A stretch of DNA of 64,000 nucleotides. Source: Myxococcota bacterium (lineage in GTDB: Bacteria; Myxococcota; B64-G9). This document shows, one piece after another, positions 41,038 through 49,716 of this stretch (positions within the stretch are counted from its first letter, which is position 1; each line of letters begins with the position of its first letter). A program made the translations under genes and the position numbers. The notes under the pieces were generated by a model that was not told where the DNA came from, ran no database searches, and worked only from the letters and a program-made list of their open reading frames with translations. Location of the stretch: the NCBI GenBank assembly GCA_022710975.1, contig JAKLGA010000011.1, positions 177,842-241,841 of the forward strand. Reading direction: 5' to 3'.

Positions 41038-41490
41038 ATGGCACTCATTCGTTGGTTCGGCGAGAGCGATCCGTGGAGACTGATGGAGCGGCAGGCGGAG
41101 CAGGCGCAGCGCGAGTTCCAGCGGCTGTGGGGCAACCTGGGCATGTCCCAGGCCCGCAGCTCGCTGTTCCCGGCGCTCAACATCTACGACGACGGCGAGA
41201 GCTTCATCGTGCGCGCCGAGGTGCCGGGGGTGGACCCGAAGAACCTCGACGTCAGCGCCACGGGTGACACCCTGACCATCCGCGGCAAGCGCGAGATCGA
41301 GCCGGCCGGGAAGGAGTGCTCCTACCACCGGCGCGAGCGCTCGGGCGGCGAGTTCCGCCGGGCCTTCAGCCTGCCGGACAGCGTGGACACGTCCAAGGTG
41401 ATGGCCATGGTCAAGGACGGGATCCTGGAAGTCCGCCTGCCGCGGGCCGAGGCGGCCAAGCAGCGGAAGATCCAGATCCAGGCCAGCTGA
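41038..41490 (+). CDS. Hsp20 / alpha-crystallin small heat-shock protein
   Basis: FPALNIYDDGESFIVRAEVPGVDPKNLDVSATGDTLTIRGKRE...GEFRRAFSLPDSVDTSKVMAMVKDGILEVRLPR is a canonical ACD domain. AGGAGG lies 6 nt before the ATG. Confidence 0.92.
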   Translation: MALIRWFGESDPWRLMERQAEQAQREFQRLWGNLGMSQARSSLFPALNIYDDGESFIVRAEVPGVDPKNLDVSATGDTLTIRGKREIEPAGKECSYHRRERSGGEFRRAFSLPDSVDTSKVMAMVKDGILEVRLPRAEAAKQRKIQIQAS

Positions 41491-41507
41491 GCCCAAGGAG
41501 GTGTGTC

Positions 41508-41915
41508 ATGAGCAGCGAGCAGAAGAAGGAGATCACCGTCAGCGCCAAGAAGGAGATCCAGCCCGGGAGCGGGGAGCCCATCACCCAGGGCGTGCTGTTC
41601 GTGCCCGAGGTGGACATCACCGAGAACCAGGACGGCGTCACCCTGACGGCCGACCTGCCGGGTGTGCGCAAGGAGGATCTCGACATCGACTACCGCGAGG
41701 GCGTGCTGACCCTGACGGCCAAGGTGGAGCCTCCGCCCACCCATCACCGCCTGACCTACCAGGAGTACGAGGTGGGCGGCTTCCAGCGGCGCTTCACCGT
41801 GGGCGAGCGGGTGGACATCGCGAAGATCGAGGCCAACCTGAAGCACGGCGTGCTCAGCCTGTTCTTGCCGCGGGCCGAGGAGCACAAGCCGCGCAAGATC
41901 GAGATCAAGGCCTGA
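41508..41915 (+). CDS. Hsp20 / alpha-crystallin small heat-shock protein (second copy)
   Basis: FVPEVDITENQDGVTLTADLPGVRKEDLDIDYREGVLTLTAK...GFQRRFTVGERVDIAKIEANLKHGVLSLFLPR. AAGGAGG lies 6 nt before the ATG. Confidence 0.92.
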   Translation: MSSEQKKEITVSAKKEIQPGSGEPITQGVLFVPEVDITENQDGVTLTADLPGVRKEDLDIDYREGVLTLTAKVEPPPTHHRLTYQEYEVGGFQRRFTVGERVDIAKIEANLKHGVLSLFLPRAEEHKPRKIEIKA

Positions 41916-41932
41916 GCCGGCAGGCGCCGCGC

Positions 41933-41961
41933 GAGGCGGGTCGGGCCCCCCGACCCGCCTC
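41933..41961 (+). terminator. Intrinsic-terminator-like GC hairpin after the hsp20 pair
   Basis: GAGGCGGGTCGGG (41933-41945) pairs with CCCGACCCGCCTC (41949-41961) around a 3-nt loop, followed by cgccgTTTcc. It lies 18 nt after the stop. Confidence 0.5.
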
Positions 41962-42016
41962 CGCCGTTTCCAGGCAGCCCCGGTTCGGGTAGCATGGGTG
42001 GCCGAGGAGGGCAGGC

Positions 42017-42682
42017 ATGCAGACCAGGGACTTCTACGTGGTCCTGGGCGTGTCGCGCGACGCGGACCCCGGCGAGATCAAGACCGCCTACCGCCGGCTG
42101 GTGAAGCTCTACCACCCGGACGCCGCGCCCTGCGCGCCGGTGGACAAGTTCATCGAGGTGCAGGACGCCTACGACTGCCTGTCGGATCCCGAGACCCGCG
42201 GCCAGCACGACCAGGCGCTGGAGGGCAGCGGGGCGCAGGCCGGGGACCGGGTGCGGGTGAAGAAGCGGGCGGCCACCCGCGCGCGGGAGGTGCCGCGCGG
42301 CGAGCCCCCCGGGCCCTCGGTGTGGTCGGAGCTGGACGACTTCTTCGCCGGCTGGGTTCCGGGGGTGTTCGGCGCCGGGCCGGACGCGGCCCGCGAGAAG
42401 GACCTGTACGCCGAGCTGGTGCTCTCCCGCCAGGAGGCCCGCGCGGGCGGCATGCTGCCGCTGCAGATCCCGGTCGAGCAGGGCTGCGCCGAGTGCAGGG
42501 GCACGCTGGCCGGCCCGGTGGGCTGCCCCGTGTGCCACGGCCGCGGCCGGGTGGTGGATTACCACACCATCGAGGTGAGCGTGCCCCCCGGCGTGGACGA
42601 CGGCACGCTGGCCCGCATCCCGCTCACCGACCTGGGGCTGCGCAAGGTCAGCCTGCTGCTCCTGGTCAGCATCCAGCCGTGA
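42017..42682 (+). CDS. J-domain (DnaJ-like) protein with a single CxxC..CxxCxGxG zinc-finger unit
   Basis: DFYVVLGVSRDADPGEIKTAYRRLVKLYHPD contains the HPD motif. It has one Cys cluster (CAECRG...CPVCHGRG) instead of the four CxxCxGxG units of DnaJ, and a short C-terminal domain. Confidence 0.85.
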   Translation: MQTRDFYVVLGVSRDADPGEIKTAYRRLVKLYHPDAAPCAPVDKFIEVQDAYDCLSDPETRGQHDQALEGSGAQAGDRVRVKKRAATRAREVPRGEPPGPSVWSELDDFFAGWVPGVFGAGPDAAREKDLYAELVLSRQEARAGGMLPLQIPVEQGCAECRGTLAGPVGCPVCHGRGRVVDYHTIEVSVPPGVDDGTLARIPLTDLGLRKVSLLLLVSIQP

Positions 42683-43840
42683 TCACGGCTTCCAGTCGAT
42701 GATCCACTGGTCGTCGCGCAGCAGCGCCTCGCGCTGGCCGCCGGGCAGGATCAGCTCGGCGGAGGAGATGTGCACCTTGGGCTGGAGCGCGGGCCCGTAC
42801 ACCCGATCGATGTGCACCACCGCCGCGGGGGAGCTGAAGTCCCTCGCCCCCACCTGGCCGCCGAAGTGATCGCTGCGGCCGAAGGCGATGTGCAGCCCGA
42901 GCTTCTCGTCCAGCAGCAGCTCCCCGGTGGGCTCGAGCCCGAGATCCGAGAGCACCCCCAGGCCCAGCTCGGCCAGGTTGCTGTAGCCCGGCTCGCGCAG
43001 GATGAGCGCCGCCTCGGCCGCGGCGCGCGGACCGCTCCCCGCGACCGCGCGGGCGCGGTTCCGCTCGATCCGGTAGACCACCAGCTCGTCCCCGAGCTGC
43101 ACCGGCAGCTCGCCCGCCGAGCGGCTCGGGTCCTCCGGGCGCTCGCCCTCGTAGGGTACGATGTAGGCCTCGCCCGAGGGCAGGTTGCCGGCCACGCCGG
43201 GCGAGGGGAACTGTCCGCTCGAGGCGTGGGCCTTGCGGTGGCGCAGGTCGAGCGTCAGGTGGTGCTCGTGGCCCTCGGCGCGGAAGGCGATCTCGCAGGC
43301 CTCGGCCGGGTCGAGCAGGGCCCGCAGGCGCTCCACCCGGCGGGCGATCTCGGCGTAGTCCAGGCGCAGCGCCGGGATGAGGGCCGGGCTGAACCCGGGC
43401 ATGGTGGCCGCGCGGAAGCCGAGCTTCGGCGCCAGCAGCTTCAGCGGCGCGGTGGTGGAGAACTCGGTCGGCGCCATCACCAGCCGGTGGGCCGAGAGCA
43501 CCTCGACGAAGGGCACCTGGGCGGCCGGATCGAGCTCGTCCGCGCTCGCGGGCAGCGGCCCGTCCGGGTGCAGCCAGCAGCGCTCGGGCAGGTCGGCGTT
43601 CGAGGCCCGCACGTTGCGGTACAGCACCAGCGCGATCGCGCGGCCCTGGGCGGCCAGGCGCGGCGAGAGCTGCGCGACCCAGTCCGCGGCCAGCTCGCGG
43701 CGCTCCCGCCAGGCCGGGTTGTCCGGGGTGTGACCGTCGGGCAGGTCCACCAGCACCGCCAGGGCGCGATCCTCGGGGCCGGGCTGGAAGACGCGCTCGA
43801 CGAGCCTGTGCAGCTCCTCTGCGCTGAGTCGTTCGGACAT
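42683..43840 (-). CDS. M29-family (aminopeptidase T/S-like) metallo-aminopeptidase
   Basis: GGAGGAG lies before the ATG at 43840. GNLPSGEAYIVP and LGLHIAFGRSDHFGG resemble M29 motifs. The upstream part of track ORF 42683..44269 is not protein-like. Confidence 0.75.
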   Translation of the reverse strand: MSERLSAEELHRLVERVFQPGPEDRALAVLVDLPDGHTPDNPAWRERRELAADWVAQLSPRLAAQGRAIALVLYRNVRASNADLPERCWLHPDGPLPASADELDPAAQVPFVEVLSAHRLVMAPTEFSTTAPLKLLAPKLGFRAATMPGFSPALIPALRLDYAEIARRVERLRALLDPAEACEIAFRAEGHEHHLTLDLRHRKAHASSGQFPSPGVAGNLPSGEAYIVPYEGERPEDPSRSAGELPVQLGDELVVYRIERNRARAVAGSGPRAAAEAALILREPGYSNLAELGLGVLSDLGLEPTGELLLDEKLGLHIAFGRSDHFGGQVGARDFSSPAAVVHIDRVYGPALQPKVHISSAELILPGGQREALLRDDQWIIDWKP

Positions 43841-43970
43841 GGGTCGGCTCCTCCAGGCCCGAGGATGCCAGAGCCCGGCAGAGGTCGCAAGCGGGCCGGC
43901 CGAAAAATTGACCCTCCCGGGGGCCGGCGGCATTGTGGATGAGGCCATTTCACCACGAGGTGCGCGTCCC

Positions 43971-44396
43971 ATGGCGGACTGTCCCATGCAGAAGGTCGGC
44001 AACGGCGCCCGCAAGCTGTACGGCCCCAGGGCGCTGCTGGTGGTCGGCTTCCCGCCCGACGAGCAGGACGCCATGCTGGGCCTGGCCGAGGGGCTCAGCG
44101 AGGGCGAGGCCGAGCCGCTGCCGGTCGTGTTCGCCACCGACGGGGACAGGCGGGCGAAGCTCGGGAGCCTGGTCACCCGCGCGGGCGGGACCGGCCAGGG
44201 CCAGGGCTCGGGCCTGCGGCGCGCGGTGATCGTCTCCGGGATCGCCGAGGCCGAGCTGCACCTGCTCATGGCCGTCTACCGCCGCCTGGACCTCCCGCGG
44301 CCGATGTGGGCCACCCTCACGCCCACCTCCGAGGGCTGGACGCTCGAGCGCCTGCTCGACGAGCTGGCCGCCGAGGATGACGCGGTCCGTCACTGA
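43971..44396 (+). CDS. DUF3783-like small protein (141 aa)
   Basis: ATG at 43971. ALLVVGFPPDEQDAMLGL... and the C-terminal ATLTPTSEGWTLERLLDELAAED resemble the DUF3783 pattern from memory. Confidence 0.6.
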   Translation: MADCPMQKVGNGARKLYGPRALLVVGFPPDEQDAMLGLAEGLSEGEAEPLPVVFATDGDRRAKLGSLVTRAGGTGQGQGSGLRRAVIVSGIAEAELHLLMAVYRRLDLPRPMWATLTPTSEGWTLERLLDELAAEDDAVRH

Positions 44397-44477
44397 GCTC
44401 GTTCCCCGGTTTCGTGCTTGCGCTGGCCTCGGCGCCGGGCTACCCTGCCGGGCGAAACCTTTCCCAGGAGATGAACC

Positions 44478-45458
44478 ATGGCCGAAACCCTCGAGACCGT
44501 CCTGCTGCTGGCGCTGCCCGCCTCGGGCAAGAGCGAGGTCCGCCGCTACCTGGCGAACCTGTCCCCCAAGGAGTGCAGCCAGGACTTCCACATGGGCCCC
44601 ACGGTCCAGCTCGACGACTTCCCCTACGTGCACCTGATGCGGCGCATCGACGACGAGCTGGCCGCGCTCGGCAAGCCGCGCATCTTCTTCCTCGCGCCCG
44701 ACAAGCCCTTCCAGGACACCAAGGACTGGGGCACGCTCATCCAGCTCATCAACGAGGACCACGAGGACCTGGTGGCCAGGAAGCGCCGCCGGCCGAAGTC
44801 GGCCGCGGTCCTGCTGATGGAGCGGCTGGACGCGGCCGCGGTCAAGTGCGGCCTGCCCGCGCGTCTGGCCGCGCTGGACGAGGGCACCCGCACCGGCGTG
44901 GCCCGCAAGCTCGAGGAAGAGGCCAAGAAGATGCTCCAGGAGAAGCACGCGGGCTACCCCAAGAGCCTGGCGGGCAAGACCCTGGTGATCGAGTTCGCCC
45001 GCGGCGGGCCCCAGGGCTCGAGCTTCCCGCTGCCCAAGGAGTACGGCTACCAGTACTCGCTGGCCCAGCTCAGCCCGGCCATCCTCGAGCGGGCCTCCAT
45101 CCTCTACGTGTGGGTGACTCCGGAGGAGTCGCGCCGCAAGAACGAGGCCCGCACCGATCCCAACGATCCGGGCTCCATCCTGCACCACGGCGTGCCCATC
45201 GCGGTCATGCTGGGCGACTACGGCTGCGACGATCTCGAGTACCTCGAGAGCCACGCCGAGCAGCCCGGCACGGTGACCGTCGCGGCCCACGGGCGCAAGT
45301 TCCACCTGCCGGTGGGGCGCTTCGACAACCGCGTGGACAAGACCAGCTTCATCCGCAACGACAAGAGCGCCTGGAAGCCCGAGGAGGTGCAGGCCGTGCA
45401 CCAGGGGTTGAAGGGCGCGCTCGGCAAGCTGCACGCGGCCATGCAGGCCCGCAAGTAG
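44478..45458 (+). CDS. P-loop NTPase/kinase-like protein of unknown function (326 aa)
   Basis: AGGAG lies before the ATG. It has a Walker-A-like LLALPASGKSEV near the N-terminus. The sequence is complex and no precise family was recognised. Confidence 0.7.
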   Translation: MAETLETVLLLALPASGKSEVRRYLANLSPKECSQDFHMGPTVQLDDFPYVHLMRRIDDELAALGKPRIFFLAPDKPFQDTKDWGTLIQLINEDHEDLVARKRRRPKSAAVLLMERLDAAAVKCGLPARLAALDEGTRTGVARKLEEEAKKMLQEKHAGYPKSLAGKTLVIEFARGGPQGSSFPLPKEYGYQYSLAQLSPAILERASILYVWVTPEESRRKNEARTDPNDPGSILHHGVPIAVMLGDYGCDDLEYLESHAEQPGTVTVAAHGRKFHLPVGRFDNRVDKTSFIRNDKSAWKPEEVQAVHQGLKGALGKLHAAMQARK

Positions 45459-45465
45459 GCCGGGC

Positions 45466-46638
45466 TCAGCGCAGCCGGTTGCGGCGGAAGTGGGGCCCCG
45501 TCCAGGCCAGGTACACCACCCCCGCCAGCGCGGTCAGCCCGGCCGACAGCCAGTACACCCCCGCCCGCCAGCCGGTGTGGCTCACCATCAGCCCGAAGCC
45601 CAGCGCCCCCAGCGCGATGCCGACGTCGAAGGCCGAGAAGATGGTGGCGTTGGCCGCCCCGCGCCGGCCGGGGGGCACCAGATCCATGGCCATGGCCTGG
45701 TAGGCCGGCATGAGGGCGCCGAAGCCCAGGCCCATGCCGGCCGAGGCGGCCAGCGCCCCGAGCGGCTCGTGCGCCAGGCCGAGCCCGACCCAGGAAAGCG
45801 CCAGCAGGAGCGTGCCGCCGAGCGCCGGCCAGCCCGGCCCGGCGCGATCGTACCAGCGGCTGGTGAAGAGCCGCGCGCCGACCGCGCCCAGCGCGTAGGC
45901 GGTGAACAGGCCCCCGGCCGACTCCAGGCCGACCCTGGCCGAGTCGAGCGGCGCGAAGCTGATCAGCCCGCCGTAGGCCACGCACAGGGGTAGCATGTAG
46001 CCAAACAGCGGCAGGGTCTTCGGCTCGAAGGCGGTGCGCCAGGTGTAGCGCGCGGCCGGATCGCTCATCCGCGGGGTGCGCACGCAGGCGAACAGCGCCC
46101 AGGCCATGACCGCCAGGGCGCCCGCGCACAGGAACAGCAGCCGGAAGCGGCCCCCGGCCACCACCAGGGTGCCGAGCATGGGCCCCACGCTCAGCGCCAG
46201 CGGCATGGCCGTGCCGTAGAAGCTCATGCCCTCGCCCCGCCGGGCGGTGGGCACCAGGTCGGCCGCCACCGTGGCCGAGGCCACGCCCACCATGCCCCAG
46301 CCCAGGCCCTGCAGCAGCCGGAGCGCGACGAGCGCCCCGAAGCCCGGCAGCAGCGCGTGGCCGAGCAGCGCCAGGGTGAACACGGCCGAGGCGCCGAGCT
46401 GCCAGGCGCGCCGGCCGAAGCGGTCCAGCAGGAACCCCACCGCGGGCCGGGTGGCCATGGCGGTGATGCTGAACACCGCGATCGCCAGCCCCACGCTGTC
46501 CTCGGCCCGCCCGAGCGGGCCCACCACGTACAGCGGCAGCGCCGGCAGCAGGAGGTAGAAGGCCACGCCCTGCAGCAGCGCCCCGGCCAGCAGCAGCCCG
46601 AAGTCACGCGTCCACAGGGGTCGAGGTCGATCGTTCAA
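45466..46638 (-). CDS. MFS transporter
   Basis: 12-TM pattern. GFLLDRFGRR is MFS motif A, and LRLLQGLGWG and further family features are present. Confidence 0.85.
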   Translation of the reverse strand: MNDRPRPLWTRDFGLLLAGALLQGVAFYLLLPALPLYVVGPLGRAEDSVGLAIAVFSITAMATRPAVGFLLDRFGRRAWQLGASAVFTLALLGHALLPGFGALVALRLLQGLGWGMVGVASATVAADLVPTARRGEGMSFYGTAMPLALSVGPMLGTLVVAGGRFRLLFLCAGALAVMAWALFACVRTPRMSDPAARYTWRTAFEPKTLPLFGYMLPLCVAYGGLISFAPLDSARVGLESAGGLFTAYALGAVGARLFTSRWYDRAGPGWPALGGTLLLALSWVGLGLAHEPLGALAASAGMGLGFGALMPAYQAMAMDLVPPGRRGAANATIFSAFDVGIALGALGFGLMVSHTGWRAGVYWLSAGLTALAGVVYLAWTGPHFRRNRLR

Positions 46639-46647
46639 GCGGTGAGG

Positions 46648-47364
46648 CTAGGCCCGGGCCAGGACCGGGCCCGAGAAGGCGGAGGCCAGGCGGGCGGCCA
46701 GCGCCGGCAGATCCAGCCCCGGCAGGGCCGGCAGCCCTGGCTGCGCGGCGTTGCAGCGCTGCAGCACCAGCGGGTGCCCGCCGGTGGAGGCCCCGTCCGC
46801 GCGGAGCTCGCCGGCCATGCGCTGCAGGCAGCCCTCGTCGAGCAGGCGCGGATCGACCGTGGTGCGCAGCTCGAAGGGCACGCCGCTCCGCACCAGGCTC
46901 TCCAGGGAGCGGCGTGCGCGCGCGCCCGCGTCCTCGCGGCCGGTGATGCGCGCGTAGTCCCCGAAGGGGCCCTTCACGTCGAAGCCCACCCAGTCCACCA
47001 GCCCGCGCGCGAGCAGCCCGGCCAGCGCCTCGGGGTAGGCGCCGCCGGTGTGCAGCGCGGTGCCGAAGCCGAGCGCGCGCACCTCGGCCAGAGCGTCCCC
47101 CAGCGCGGCGTGCGCGGTGGGCTCGCCGCCCGAGAACACCACCCCGTCGAGCAGGCCCTGGCGCAGCGCCAGCAGCTTGAGCAGCTGATCCCAGCCCGGG
47201 CCGGCCTGGCCCGGCCGGGCGGCCTGGCGCAGGTCCGGGTTGTGGCAGTAGCCGCAGGCCCACGGGCAGCCTCGCAGGAACACCACCGCCGCGAGCCGGT
47301 CCGGCCAGTCCACGGTGGACAGCGGCACCAGGCCGCCCACGGGCAGGGCGCCAGGCCCGCTCAC
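46648..47364 (-). CDS. nrdG: Anaerobic ribonucleoside-triphosphate reductase activating protein (radical SAM)
   Basis: GCPWACGYCHNP is a CxxxCxxC cluster, and VVFSGGEPT is present. The GTG start overlaps the nrdD stop (GTGA at 47361-47364). Confidence 0.85.
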   Translation of the reverse strand: MSGPGALPVGGLVPLSTVDWPDRLAAVVFLRGCPWACGYCHNPDLRQAARPGQAGPGWDQLLKLLALRQGLLDGVVFSGGEPTAHAALGDALAEVRALGFGTALHTGGAYPEALAGLLARGLVDWVGFDVKGPFGDYARITGREDAGARARRSLESLVRSGVPFELRTTVDPRLLDEGCLQRMAGELRADGASTGGHPLVLQRCNAAQPGLPALPGLDLPALAARLASAFSGPVLARA

Positions 47365-49496
47365 GGCTCCGCCTCCGGCGCGATCAGGTAGGGCTCGCGC
47401 TCGCGGTACTCGGACTTCTTGCCGATGTTGAACTCGCTGACCGGGCGGTGGTAGCCCATCACCCGGGTCCACACCTCGCACACCGCCCCGCAGGTCGGGC
47501 AGCTCGGCTGCTCGCCGACCAGGTAGCCGTGGTGCGGGCAGACGGAGAAGGTCGGCGTCACGGTCAGGTAGGGGATGCGGAAGCGCTCCAGCACCTTGCG
47601 CACCAGGCGCTTGCAGGCCTCGGCCGAGCCCACCCGCTCGCCCAGGTACATGTGGAACACGGTCCCGCCGGTGTACTTGCGCTGCAGCTGCTCCTGCATG
47701 CCGAGCGCCTCGAAGGGATCGCGCGTGGCGTGCGGGGGGAGCTGGGTCGAGTTGGTGTAGTAGGGCGCCTCCGGCGTGCCGGCCTGCAGGATGCCCGGCA
47801 GGCGCTTGCGGTCTTCCTTGGCGAAGCGGAAGGTGGTGCCCTCGGCCGGGGTGGCCTCCAGGTTGTACATGTGGCCGGTCTCCTCCTGGAAGGCGACCAG
47901 CCGCGCGCGGATGTGGTCGAGCAGCTGCCCGGCCAGGCGGCGGCCCTCCGGGTCGGCCAGGGTGAGGGTGTCGGCGCTGAAGTTGCGCACGCACTCGTTC
48001 ACCCCGTTCACCCCGATGGTGGAGAAGTGGTTCTTCAGCGTGCCCAGCCAGCGGTGGGTGTAGGGCAGCAGCCCCTGGTCGATCAGCCGCTGGACCACCT
48101 TGCGCTTGATCTCCAGGCTGGTCTTGGCCAGCTCCAGCAGGTGATCGAGCCGGTGCTCGAGCCCGGGCCAGTCGCCGCGGAACAGGAAGCCCAGCCGGGC
48201 GCAGTTGAGCGTCACCACCCCGATCGAGCCAGTCTGCTCGGCCGAGCCGAACAGGCCGTTGCCGCGCTTCATCAGCTCGCGCAGATCGAGCTGCAGCCGG
48301 CAGCACATCGAGCGCACCTGGTGCGGGCTGAGATCCGAGTTCAGGAAGTTCTGGAAGTACGGCAGGCCGTACTTGGCCGTCATCTCGAACAGCCGCCTGG
48401 TGTTCGGGTGCTGCCAGTCGAAGTCCGGGGTGATGTTGTAGGTCGGGATGGGGAAGGTGAAGATGCGCCCGCGCGCGTCGCCCTCGGTCATCACCTCGAT
48501 GTAGGCCTGGTTGATCGAGTCCATCTCGGCCTGCAGCTCGCCGTAGGTGAAGTCCATCGGCTCCCCGCCCAGGAAGGGCACCTGGTCGCGGAGATCGGGC
48601 GGGCAGACCCAGTCGAAGGTCAGGTTGGTGAACGGGGTCTGGGTGCCCCAGCGCGAGGGCACGTTGAGGTTGTAGATGAACTCCTGGATGTGCTGCTTGA
48701 CCTCGGCGTAGCTCAGCCGGTCCTTGCGCACGAAGGGCGCCAGGTAGGTGTCGAAGGAGGAGAAGGCCTGCGCGCCGGCCCACTCGTTCTGCAGGGTGCC
48801 CAGGAAGTTGACCATCTGGCCGACCGCGCTGCCCAGGTGGCGCGGGGCCTGGGCCTCGATCTTGCCCGGCACGCCGTTGAAGCCTTCCTGGAGCAGGCTG
48901 CGCAGCGACCAGCCCGCGCAGTAGCCGCTGAGCATGTCGAGATCGTGGATGTGGTAGTCGGCCTCGCGGTGCGCCTGGCCCACCTCGGGCGGGTAGACCT
49001 GGTTGAGCCAGTAGTTGGCCACCATCTTGCCCGAGATGTTCAGGATGAGCCCGCCCAGGCTGTAGCCCTGGTTGGCGTTGGCCTGGATGCGCCAGTCCTC
49101 GCGGTTGAGGTACTCGTCGATGGTGCGGCCCACGTCGAGCAGCACGCGCTGCTCCTCGCGCAGCCGGGCGTGCTGCTCGCGGTAGACGATGTAGGCGCGC
49201 GCGGTGCGCAGGTGGTTGGCGGTGATGAGCACCTGCTCGACCACGTCCTGGATGGTCTCGATGTGGGGCTGGCCCTCGCCGTGGCGGTAGCCGAGCACCT
49301 TGAGCACCTGCGCGGCGAGCAGCTCGGCCTCGGCCGCGTCGAACTCGCCGGAGGCCGCGCCGGCGCGGGCGATGGCCGAGCGGATGCGGGCGGGGTCGAA
49401 GTCTGCCAGCCCTCCGTCGCGGCGTACGACCTTGGTCAGCGGGCGGCTGGCTGGGCGGCTGTCGGTGTCGAGATTCGGACGCGCAATGGTCTGCAT
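47361..49496 (-). CDS. nrdD: Anaerobic (class III) ribonucleoside-triphosphate reductase
   Basis: It has an N-terminal ATP-cone-like VVRRDGGLADFDPARIRSAI, a C-terminal Cys cluster (CPHHG...CPTCG..C) and the glycyl-radical motif TRVMGYHRPV. GAGGAG lies 9 nt before the ATG at 49496. Confidence 0.92.
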   Translation of the reverse strand: MQTIARPNLDTDSRPASRPLTKVVRRDGGLADFDPARIRSAIARAGAASGEFDAAEAELLAAQVLKVLGYRHGEGQPHIETIQDVVEQVLITANHLRTARAYIVYREQHARLREEQRVLLDVGRTIDEYLNREDWRIQANANQGYSLGGLILNISGKMVANYWLNQVYPPEVGQAHREADYHIHDLDMLSGYCAGWSLRSLLQEGFNGVPGKIEAQAPRHLGSAVGQMVNFLGTLQNEWAGAQAFSSFDTYLAPFVRKDRLSYAEVKQHIQEFIYNLNVPSRWGTQTPFTNLTFDWVCPPDLRDQVPFLGGEPMDFTYGELQAEMDSINQAYIEVMTEGDARGRIFTFPIPTYNITPDFDWQHPNTRRLFEMTAKYGLPYFQNFLNSDLSPHQVRSMCCRLQLDLRELMKRGNGLFGSAEQTGSIGVVTLNCARLGFLFRGDWPGLEHRLDHLLELAKTSLEIKRKVVQRLIDQGLLPYTHRWLGTLKNHFSTIGVNGVNECVRNFSADTLTLADPEGRRLAGQLLDHIRARLVAFQEETGHMYNLEATPAEGTTFRFAKEDRKRLPGILQAGTPEAPYYTNSTQLPPHATRDPFEALGMQEQLQRKYTGGTVFHMYLGERVGSAEACKRLVRKVLERFRIPYLTVTPTFSVCPHHGYLVGEQPSCPTCGAVCEVWTRVMGYHRPVSEFNIGKKSEYREREPYLIAPEAEP

Positions 49497-49545
49497 CGGC
49501 AAGGGCTCCTCACCGAACGGAGACAAGTCCACGAATCAAAGTGGG

Positions 49546-49561
49546 CACAATATATGGGTGT
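49546..49561. promoter_or_regulatory. NrdR-box-like AT-rich palindrome overlapping the nrdD -10 element
   Basis: CACAATATATGGGTGT has ACAC..ATATAT..GTG arms like the NrdR box. However, arm spacing is one nt longer than the 16-bp consensus, and no well-spaced second box was seen. Confidence 0.3.
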
Positions 49562-49577
49562 GGTCAGACGCAGTCAA
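49549..49577 (-). promoter_or_regulatory. Sigma-70-like promoter of nrdDG
   Basis: Minus strand reads TTGACT (49577-49572), a 17-nt spacer, then TATATT (49554-49549). The -10 element lies about 52 nt upstream of the nrdD ATG. Confidence 0.5.
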
Positions 49578-49716
49578 TACGCGGGATGGGGGTCGACCGG
49601 GTCCGGCCACCGCCTTGAATGCCGAGCTTTCCCGGGTCGTTGGGTGACCGGCGACGATTTCGCTTGGCAAACCAGGCCCCGCTCCGGTATCCTTCAAGAT
49701 TCTCGGAGGGACCACC

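Noticed and set aside
47361-49496. Apparent deviation of the NrdD glycyl-radical motif (RVMGYHRPV rather than the RxCGY seen in some NrdDs).
   Set aside because: The general glycyl-radical signature is RVxG(F/W/Y), which this sequence satisfies. The C-terminal Cys cluster and the activase gene are present, so there is no reason to suspect a pseudogene.
49531-49544. FNR/CRP-type site upstream of nrdD (ATCAA half-site).
   Set aside because: Only one half-site (ATCAA) is present. The required TTGAT four nt upstream is absent (the sequence there is aagtc).
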